64,000 bases of DNA from Tetramitus jugosus. Taxonomy: Eukaryota > Protista > Heterolobosea. The stretch is from contig OW569370.1 in assembly GCA_937625935.1 (NCBI GenBank), forward strand, positions 186,001 to 250,000, in the 5' to 3' direction. Below are positions 55,710 through 64,000 of the stretch, piece after piece. Every line of letters begins with the position of its first letter. The stretch's first letter is position 1. The translations under genes were made by a program, and so were the position numbers. Under the pieces are notes generated by a model that saw only the letters and a list, made by a program, of their open reading frames with translations, was not told the DNA's origin and did not search any database.

Positions 55710-56950
55710 TTACTCGTTGGTATCCATAGCTTCGCTAGTTGCCTTCTTTGCGCTCTTTTTCTTGGTCTTCATGGATGTTTGGAGCAAGCTCTTCAATTCA
55801 TTGCTTTGGAGAGACTTGGCAGACTTGTATGATTGAACTTGAGGAACGACATATTGTTGAGTAATGGTTGGAGTCAACAACAAGGTAGTCTTCAAGTGAA
55901 CCACAAAGGCACCCTTCTTCTCGCACAAAACTGGATAAGCATCAACCAATCCATGTCTGTAGCACTCAACCAAACCCATGCCGGCAACCTTTCTGTCAAC
56001 GTGTCTCATGGAGAAAGGAAGAGTGTGGAATCGTGTTTGAACATCCTTCAAGAATTGCTTGGATGAAGCATTCTTCAAGTTGTATGTAACGGTTGGGTTT
56101 CTCTTGTAAATGGTTGGCTTGTGGTTACGCTCGCTCAACTTACCCTCACCACTGGAGACAACAATGTCCAAGGAGAAGATTTGGTTCTCCTCAAAGGTGA
56201 ACTCATCAACAGTGTGATCAGGGGTTGGCTTCAACAAAATAACATTGTTGCCATCAATGACAAATCTCTTCATCTCGTGAGACAAGACACCTTCACAAAC
56301 ATTGACACCAAAGTCTGCGGCGACTTGATTGATCGCCTTTGAGACTTCAACATTGGTGTGACCTGGCTTAACCAAACGCTTGGCAACTTCAAGTGCGGTT
56401 TGAGCAGCAGCCAAAACATCAGCCTTCTCGCCCTCCAAAACACCTTCTTCCATAACAATGGTGGTGGCACCAACTGCGATATATCCATCAACGTGAACAC
56501 CAACATCGAATCTGACGCTGTCTCCTCTTTGAAGAACAGTGGTGTCTTCGTTCAATGGAGAGAAATGACAAATGACTTCATTGACGCTGACGCAAGTTGG
56601 GAAAGCAAGACCCTTTGGCATCTTCTTAATCTTCTTGAAGACGGACTTTATTCTTTCATTGACAAAGTTGTCACCAGCCTCGCAAAGCTCAACGACCTTC
56701 TTTCCTGGAGCGACGAGCTTAATGAGCATGGCCAAGGTTTCTGTTGAAATCATGGAAGCGCGTGTGAGTCACATGCACAAAGAGGTAATTTTGAGCGAGA
56801 AAAATCAAAAAAAATAAGCGATCTACAATTTGCTTCCTAACACATACCATTGACAATGTCGGAAGCGAACTTGTACTTTTGCATAACATTTGCGTTAGCA
56901 AGGGTTTCGTCTTCTTGTTGTTGAGCTAGAATTTCTTCGTCAATGTCCAT
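55710..56950 (-). CDS. PA2G4: Proliferation-associated 2G4 / EBP1 (MetAP-fold); exons 56950-56848 and 56740-55710
   Basis: KYKFASDIVN spliced across a 107-nt intron (GTATGT...CAG); KGLAFPTCVSVN, GVHVDGYIA, GVLSHEMKRFVIDG, Lys-rich tail. Confidence 0.93.
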
Positions 56951-57217
56951 TGTAGTTAGATTTGTGGATGGGTGTTTGGTGATTGTTGGATGTTTTTGTT
57001 TGCTGCGTTTCGAAGAACAATTTGAGATGCTGAAGCAGAGATCTTACTCCATTTCCCCACTATGACCAAAGCGCCACCAGTGTGTGATTTTAGAGGGTCA
57101 ACCAAGAGAAGACACATTCAATCAATACTTGCATGTAGGAGTAACATTGTTTTTTCTTTTCCGCCAAACATAATAGTCCGTTGCCGTTGCTAATTACAAC
57201 AAATTGAACATAGAGAA

Positions 57218-58567
57218 ATGGCTGACCTACTATCGGCTGGACTGGATAGAAATATTCGTTTAAATAAGGATGTGAACCAAGATTTGCCTCTTCAGCAACG
57301 ATATCTATCCTTGAGGTTACCACATCGAAAGGTATCCTTAAAACTGGTGGTATGTCCTCTTGTGGTTCGAGTACTCATTGCCGAGACCATAGAACTGTTA
57401 TCGATCGATAGATTCCATTCATTTGATTCTAAATCATGATTGTAGAAGAGTAGATACATTGATTTGTTTGATGAGAGAGCATTCAACACTGTGAATCAAT
57501 TCATTACTAATGAAGCATCTAGCAAAAGCAGAGACATGTTTCGGACTATTTTCAATAAGATTGGTCAACACACGGACAAGAATTATCAATACCGACCGAC
57601 AATGACCTTTGATAAATATTTTCACTTGGCCAACATCTATGGGAGTGGCCTTCTTTCTTCTAGTGGTGTGCACAGGGTGGCATCGTGGTTATCCTCCGCT
57701 TCAAATGAAGATGTTAAGTTGTTTAAATCGATAATGGGTGAACTGAAGAACTCTCAGAGCTATTCGAGACCGATCAGTCATACACATAGTGCATATTATC
57801 CTCTACCGAGCCAAATAAAAGATCCTACTCTTTCGAAAACAGTAAAGGATTTAGTTGAAGAAAAGGCTACAGCACAATTCATATCAAACAAAAGAAGAGA
57901 GTCTGATAAACGGCGCATGGATGAGAGAAAAACGTTGAGGGAGAAGGAGAAACATATTGTTAATACATTAACACAGAAGCAACGACCATCCTCAGCTCCG
58001 GCAGTAGGCATTTCGAGCCACAAAGCCAACTTTGAAGGAAGGAAGCCTTACGGTTCTTTTAATTCGGATACTCGTATTTTGTCTACAAACAAGGATCATT
58101 TTAGCGAGCCATCGACGAAATTTCCCTATCGGCCTGCCACTGCACGTATTCGAAATTCAGGACACAAGGATGATAGAATGACCTTCCTACCAAAGGCGAT
58201 GATGACAACTGCTTCTTTAGGCGTTGTGGTACCATCTTCTGATGTAAGTTTCCTTCATTATGAAGATAACTATCCAGGGACGAGGGACCGGAAACAACGA
58301 TTTTACTCCCAATTATCTGATTCTGAACTCTTGTCACATCCTCCTCCTGTATCTAAAACCTTATCTGCTGGATTAAACCGAACAACATACTCTGCCCATT
58401 ACGGTGGGTCAATGACCCAGACAGCAAAGAGAGCAACTGCTCCAGAGTCAAGCTTGAAGGCTCCTTTTGGATTCTTCCCTACTGCACAGGAAATGAGTTC
58501 AACAACGGAGTACAACGGTCGTTACAACAAACGGTCACTTACAAGTACTTACTCACCTGGTTGGTGA
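57218..58567 (+). CDS. Hypothetical basic protein with Mn/SAXO-like motifs; exons 57218-57349 and 57446-58567
   Basis: A 96-nt intron (GTATGT...TAG) joins the two ORFs in frame; repeated S/T-x4-5-Y/F motifs. Confidence 0.7.
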
Positions 58568-58663
58568 TGGCACCATGTTTTATAAGACTCTCAATAAACT
58601 AGGAGGAGATCACCACAAACTCGTCGAAAAAAAGAAGCCACACCAACAAAGAGATTACTCAAT

Positions 58664-59605
58664 ATGTCATCCAACTCTGCCATTGATCAAGCCATCCAAA
58701 ATACTGGACCAAGCCATACATCCCTGGAATTCCTATCACCTGGCAAGCGACTCAGATTCGCAGTGGAAAAATACCGGAACGACAACCAAAATTGCCTACA
58801 GATTGCTGGAGCAGTGAATGCTTACTGTGCAATGCTCGCGGAGCACTCTGGTTTCGAAGCTTTGTATCTGTCTGGTTCAGGTGTTGCGACAGCTAGTTTT
58901 GGATTACCAGATCTAGGTATTACAACACTTAACGATGTGGTGGAGGATGCAAGAAGGATCACTGGTGCTTCAAAATTGCCTCTACTCGTTGATGTGGACA
59001 CTGGATTTGGTCAAGCGTTGAATATTGCGAGAACTGTGAGAGAAATGGAACGGGCAGGAGTAGCAGGAATTCATATCGAAGATCAAGTGACAGCAAAGAG
59101 ATGTGGTCACCGACCTGGTAAACAGATTGTGAGCCAAGAGGAAATGGTTGATAGAATCAAGGTAGCGGTCAATGCCAGGACTGATCCTGATTTTGTGATT
59201 ATGGCTCGAACGGATGCCTTTGCTAATGAAGGTCTAGAAAGAGCTGTTGAGAGAGCAAAGGCGTACGTGGCAGCAGGTGCTGATATGTTGTTTCCAGAGG
59301 CATTCACATCCTTGGATCAATATAGGATGTTCTGTCAAGAGGTGAATGTGCCTGTTCTCGCCAATATTACAGAATTTGGCAAGACACCACTCTTTACCGC
59401 GAGTGAGTTGTCAAGTGTGGGAGTCTCGATTGCTCTCTATCCGCTTAGTGCTTTCCGAGCAATGAGTCTGGCGGCGTTGAATGTGTACAAGAGTATTAGA
59501 AATGATGGCTCTCAGGCTTCAATGGTAAGTCAAATGCAAACAAGAGAGGAACTGTATGAACATTTGGATTACTACAAGTATGAAGACGTGTTGAATAGAA
59601 ATTAA
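58664..59605 (+). CDS. prpB: 2-methylisocitrate lyase, bacterial PrpB type
   Basis: [61 protein letters not shown]. Confidence 0.93.
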   Translation: MSSNSAIDQAIQNTGPSHTSLEFLSPGKRLRFAVEKYRNDNQNCLQIAGAVNAYCAMLAEHSGFEALYLSGSGVATASFGLPDLGITTLNDVVEDARRITGASKLPLLVDVDTGFGQALNIARTVREMERAGVAGIHIEDQVTAKRCGHRPGKQIVSQEEMVDRIKVAVNARTDPDFVIMARTDAFANEGLERAVERAKAYVAAGADMLFPEAFTSLDQYRMFCQEVNVPVLANITEFGKTPLFTASELSSVGVSIALYPLSAFRAMSLAALNVYKSIRNDGSQASMVSQMQTREELYEHLDYYKYEDVLNRN

Positions 59606-62600
59606 TTGTATTTAGTGAATGTTACAAAAATGACCTTGTGCTTGTCATCGACGCTCATTAAATAAACATATTCGGCCTTCTTTTCCTTGAGTTCCCTGAG
59701 ATGCTTGCAAACAGACCGGAATTGCATGCACCATTTGTTGGGTCGGTCTCGAATGGATTGATTAATGACATCCTCGCTGGATTCATTCATTACATGGCTC
59801 ACTGCATAACGAACGTCTTCATATGTCAGTTCGCAGACAGCCAATATATGTGCGCCCGCTTGTATCCTCTTGACTTTTTCAGCTGCATGTTTCATTGCCA
59901 GGTCCGTAATGACCTTCTTTTGCTTTCCTTGCTTCAACTTGCTGTTGGTTGAAATAATAGTGACAGACTTGGGATCGAATCCATCATGATGATGTTCCGC
60001 ATGCTTCGTGATGTTGGAGGCAAATTTGTGGGTCGTATGAAGCTGTTGGTCCTGTATTGCCGACAGCTGATTCTGAAGTACTGATGGGAGCTCCTTCTTG
60101 TACACTTCGAGAACAGTAATCCTCTTGGTTGGATCCATACTATTCACATCCGGCGTTCGTACCTTTACTAGACCTCTGCTCTGAAGACCGTTATCCGTCA
60201 CAACAACCAACTTGACATGATGTTTGTTACAAAAGTTTTTCACATCTTCCAAGTTCATTCGATCATCGTACATTAAATCACATTTGATGTTGGCTGCCCA
60301 CAATGAATCTGTTATTCTCATTCGCTCTTCTAGCATGTTTCTTCCCGTCGAACAAACAATAACATCTGGAACACTACTTGAGAAAGCACGTGGTGGACCA
60401 GAAGTTCCTGTTCCCTCCACGAGTATCGTCTCTCGGATCAGTTTATCCAACTTGATATTGATGCCTACTACATGATGAGGCTCCTTCTCATAGACGGCAA
60501 ATTTGGAAACCAGCTTATCATATCGGCCACCATACGCCACTGGGATATAGTGTTTTCTTCTCTTGATACCACACTCTATAATAATGCCATCATACCTATG
60601 AAGATTATTGCAACAACTCAGATCGAATTGAAGTTCGCAGTTCGATATTGGCCAAATATCCAGATGACCTATTAGAGTAGCCATGTCAGTCAGAGCTTCT
60701 CTGTTGTTATTGCTGGCCATTATCTTGGTTAATGTTCCGTGTACAGTCGATATATCTCCCTTGATGCTCAGTAGCTGAATCAGCTTGTTTGCATCTTTCT
60801 CTGGAATTCGAAGCTTTAGCAGCTCATTCTTTGCAAAGTTCCAAGAGTAGGATAACCGTATGACCTTGTTACACAACTTACAGATCGTGGCATAGTAACT
60901 CTTGTCGATGTTACATGATTCGAATATGGAGTGTACGAGAGATGCATGATTAATACGGATAATAAATCTTCCATCTCTCTTTGGCTTAAACTCATCAATG
61001 ATACGCGATAGAATTTTGAGAATCTCCGATTCTGTCACCAGCTTAAATGTCGATCCAACAATGTCGAACGAGCACATGTGTTGGGCGGCTGGGATACCGT
61101 GCTTGTTTTTAAAGGCATTCTGGAATGAGTATCTCTTGAGAAATTGAATATTCTCTGGTAGTCTGGAGAGGTATCGAGCAAATGAGAGCGTTCCATCACA
61201 GGAGAGATTGACTAGCTGACCGGATTTGGTAACAATGGGGAAAATCTTCTCCATTGATAATATGTCAGCCGTTTGATGTGAGCTTGGTAAAAGTGGTGTT
61301 ACATCGAACTGAGTTGCACCGTGCAATTGGAAGATTGACTGGAATCGAAGTGTTGACTTTTCCTTGTAAAATGCACTTGATAAGTCAAAATTTTGACCAA
61401 GCATAAAATCTTCTTCCTTTTGAGCAAAGAGAGCTCTCAGGTACTCTTCCTCCATCTTGACGGGCATCAAATCACTTTCAAGCAATTCTTTGGCTGATGG
61501 TCGCTTATTCGGATCCTTGTCGAGAAGCATCTCAATTAGTTTTGCTTCCTTCTCATATGTCTTTGGGAATGAGTTTGGAACTCTGCCTGTTGTTCCAAGA
61601 TCACGCAACACTTCCAGTCTCTCTTGAGTTGTACAGAATGGCTCATGCAGCATTTCAAAAAAGATGATACCTAAACTGAACATATCAACTTTGCTAGAGT
61701 AATTGCTGCTGCTCTTAACTTCAGGAGCAATAAAGCACTCTGTACCAACATCAATACTTAACTCAGGATCAGTTGATGTCGATACGATGCTCTTTGGTAC
61801 TGTAACTCGTTCTCTAGTTCTTCTGGACAAACCAAAGTCTCCAATCTTGACATCTCCCTCAACACTAAGGAAAACATTCGTTGGCTTCAAATCTCGATGA
61901 ATAATGTGATTCTCATGCAGATAATCCAATGCACTCACAATTTGTCTAAACAATCTCCATGCCTCTTGTTTGGATCCTTCCAAATTTTTCTTGGCGATGA
62001 TACTTGTTAGTGTATCTTTACAATACTCCATTTGAATATACAGCGTGTGTGACTTGCCGCCCTTCTCTGGCATATGGGTCGCATTTGTATAATTTGTTTG
62101 ACGAGACATTGACATGTCTTCAGAATCATCGAATGGAGAATCTCCTAACTCATCATGGTTACTACTCGCACTACCCTCTTCTAACCAAGAATTGTAATAG
62201 CGAACAATATTGTGATGATGCATACGAGAGAGCAGGTTAACCTCCCGCAAAATACTTTCCTCCTCACTTCTATTACCAGATCGCATAGGTATCGTTTTTA
62301 TCGCATATATTCTCTGATCAATCTTGTTCTTAGCTTTCACTACGCTACCAAAACCTCCTACTCCAAGCTGCTCAATAAAAGTAAAATCGTTTCGGTATCG
62401 AGACTTTGATTTGAGTTGCTTTTCTCCCATTTTAAGAGTTGGTGGTGTCCACAAGCTAGAAAACGCTTTGCCTTTTGTTGATGCAGAAGCAATTTGTGAT
62501 TTGAAGCTCTTCCTGAACTTGTGCTTTAACGTTCGCAAGTCAGACCAGTTCGTTTTATCCAAAAATCCAATCTTTTGCAGTTGATCCACTAAATCACCAT

Positions 62601-64000
62601 ACGCATTTGAATCCTCGGGAAGACTCGATGTGGCAAAATGATACAATAGATGCGCCAATAGAACTTGATGGTCAGAAGGTACTCTAGCACTGCTGGATGT
62701 AGTACTCCTTCTGGAAGGTGTGGGAATCTGACCCAATCTTTGAATAGGACTTGATCCAAATTCAATCTCGGTGTCTGATGAATCTTCTCCGGATGATTCA
62801 ATATCATCAGTAAACTGCACATCAAACTTAAAATTATTTTCGTCTTGATCCATGAATTCTGCATGTGACAGTTCCTCTCCTTCACTACTCTCCTCGTCTT
62901 CCGACTCAGATCCAGACGAATCATCAGCATATTTGAACATGCCTTTTTGTCTCTCGTATTTTTTATTCGTCTCTTCTTCGCTTGACGACTCTGTTTCGTC
63001 ACTTTCCTCATCCTCGCTTTCACTTTCTTCCTCAGTCTCGTCTGATTCATCTGTATCCTCGTCTTCTTCCTCCTCCTCATTAATTAGTGATGCGCCATAA
63101 TCCCAATCATCAGAATCAAGATGCTTCTTCTCGTGACTATGCAGCATATCGTCTATATCTGAATCAAGGGATTGATCACTGTCTACATTGGAACTGCGAC
63201 CGCTCCTGTCCCAACTTATATCAGCGGAGGATGCACTGAACTGTATCAATCGCTTCTTCTTTTCGTTTCTGAGCATGGCTGTCTTCAATTTCCGCTGTCG
63301 ACGCATCTCCATAATCTCCTTCTCAATCGCATCGTTGTGTTGTTTCCGCTGGTCTGCTGCCTTTTGAGTCTCGCAAGCTTGATTCATCTCTTGTATTCTC
63401 TTTCGATCTTCTCGATCCTTGATAAAGGTATCATACAACGAAGGCGTAATCTCTCTTCTGTAAAAGTGCGTATCCAAGTACTCTTGACACAGAGTGCACA
63501 AGTTATAAATCATTACCGTTCCAGCCAAGCTCGCTACATTAGTCTGGAGCAAATCGTTCAATTCCTTGGTTTGTTCACTCGATAGACCTCTTACTCTCTC
63601 AATAGACACCTTTGGAGACAAGAGTGGATAACCTTTTGAGAATTGAACAATGAGAACAACTCTTCCGGATGATGGAATCGGATCCAACTCTGCCTCATAC
63701 TCATCAAAATCCATGGCTGACGATACCATGGATGGAGAATCATCGTGTCTCAAGAGTGTAATCTTTACGCAAACCCATTCAAAATTGGCAATCTTTGAAA
63801 TGTTCGTTATCGGAACAAAACTAAACTTTGGTTTCTCCGTTCGTTTTCTCCGCTCTCCATGATTCGAATTGTGAAAAGTATCGTCGTCATTGTCTTCGTC
63901 TTCTTCATTGTCATACTCGTCGTCTTCACCTTCAAGATGACTCTCGATCGGTACCATTCGATACACTTTGCAAACATACGGTTCATATATACACTGCACT
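59602..64000 (-). CDS. GCN2: eIF2-alpha kinase GCN2 (RWD, kinase, HisRS-like, anticodon-binding); start outside window
   Basis: RWD YPLLSP; [42 protein letters not shown]; HisRS-like GGRYDKL. Confidence 0.92.
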   Translation of the reverse strand, partial: VQCIYEPYVCKVYRMVPIESHLEGEDDEYDNEEDEDNDDDTFHNSNHGERRKRTEKPKFSFVPITNISKIANFEWVCVKITLLRHDDSPSMVSSAMDFDEYEAELDPIPSSGRVVLIVQFSKGYPLLSPKVSIERVRGLSSEQTKELNDLLQTNVASLAGTVMIYNLCTLCQEYLDTHFYRREITPSLYDTFIKDREDRKRIQEMNQACETQKAADQRKQHNDAIEKEIMEMRRQRKLKTAMLRNEKKKRLIQFSASSADISWDRSGRSSNVDSDQSLDSDIDDMLHSHEKKHLDSDDWDYGASLINEEEEEDEDTDESDETEEESESEDEESDETESSSEEETNKKYERQKGMFKYADDSSGSESEDEESSEGEELSHAEFMDQDENNFKFDVQFTDDIESSGEDSSDTEIEFGSSPIQRLGQIPTPSRRSTTSSSARVPSDHQVLLAHLLYHFATSSLPEDSNAYGDLVDQLQKIGFLDKTNWSDLRTLKHKFRKSFKSQIASASTKGKAFSSLWTPPTLKMGEKQLKSKSRYRNDFTFIEQLGVGGFGSVVKAKNKIDQRIYAIKTIPMRSGNRSEEESILREVNLLSRMHHHNIVRYYNSWLEEGSASSNHDELGDSPFDDSEDMSMSRQTNYTNATHMPEKGGKSHTLYIQMEYCKDTLTSIIAKKNLEGSKQEAWRLFRQIVSALDYLHENHIIHRDLKPTNVFLSVEGDVKIGDFGLSRRTRERVTVPKSIVSTSTDPELSIDVGTECFIAPEVKSSSNYSSKVDMFSLGIIFFEMLHEPFCTTQERLEVLRDLGTTGRVPNSFPKTYEKEAKLIEMLLDKDPNKRPSAKELLESDLMPVKMEEEYLRALFAQKEEDFMLGQNFDLSSAFYKEKSTLRFQSIFQLHGATQFDVTPLLPSSHQTADILSMEKIFPIVTKSGQLVNLSCDGTLSFARYLSRLPENIQFLKRYSFQNAFKNKHGIPAAQHMCSFDIVGSTFKLVTESEILKILSRIIDEFKPKRDGRFIIRINHASLVHSIFESCNIDKSYYATICKLCNKVIRLSYSWNFAKNELLKLRIPEKDANKLIQLLSIKGDISTVHGTLTKIMASNNNREALTDMATLIGHLDIWPISNCELQFDLSCCNNLHRYDGIIIECGIKRRKHYIPVAYGGRYDKLVSKFAVYEKEPHHVVGINIKLDKLIRETILVEGTGTSGPPRAFSSSVPDVIVCSTGRNMLEERMRITDSLWAANIKCDLMYDDRMNLEDVKNFCNKHHVKLVVVTDNGLQSRGLVKVRTPDVNSMDPTKRITVLEVYKKELPSVLQNQLSAIQDQQLHTTHKFASNITKHAEHHHDGFDPKSVTIISTNSKLKQGKQKKVITDLAMKHAAEKVKRIQAGAHILAVCELTYEDVRYAVSHVMNESSEDVINQSIRDRPNKWCMQFRSVCKHLRELKEKKAEYVYLMSVDDKHKVIFVTFTKYN

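Noticed and set aside
57178-57200. RFX X-box-like GTTGCC upstream of the candidate ciliary gene
   Set aside because: Only a half-site, and RFX is not expected in the inferred lineage.

Overview
Gene-dense, intron-poor nuclear DNA from a microbial eukaryote. A heterolobosean/Discoba-like amoeboflagellate is inferred from gene content, not proven. There are about 30 protein-coding genes, short spacers, A/C-rich 5' leaders and seven readable GT-AG introns of 91-154 nt, all near gene 5' ends. No tRNA, rRNA, CRISPR array or transposase could be supported. The left end is a dynamic zone: three tandem 2-TM receptor genes (NIT-like ectodomain + degenerate class III cyclase + TPR-like helices + RGS domain) with mosaic identity, then a 17-repeat LRR gene and an LRR relic. 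The rest mixes conserved housekeeping genes with bacterial-type genes. Housekeeping: REXO exonuclease, villidin-like, MsrB, ARF, TRIP4, BEACH, MOGS, METTL5, PA2G4, GCN2. Bacterial-type: secreted SH3b-like/C39-like peptidase, HutG, DUF4326, PrpB. Also present are a saposin-like pore-former candidate, a frameshifted ENA P-type ATPase, an ABCB half-transporter apparently lacking TM6, and an AlkB homolog with an altered active-site loop. The strongest candidate for an undescribed system is the receptor-pseudocyclase-RGS array, a ligand-sensing GAP for heterotrimeric G proteins. All domain calls are from motif recognition by eye; no database searches were run.
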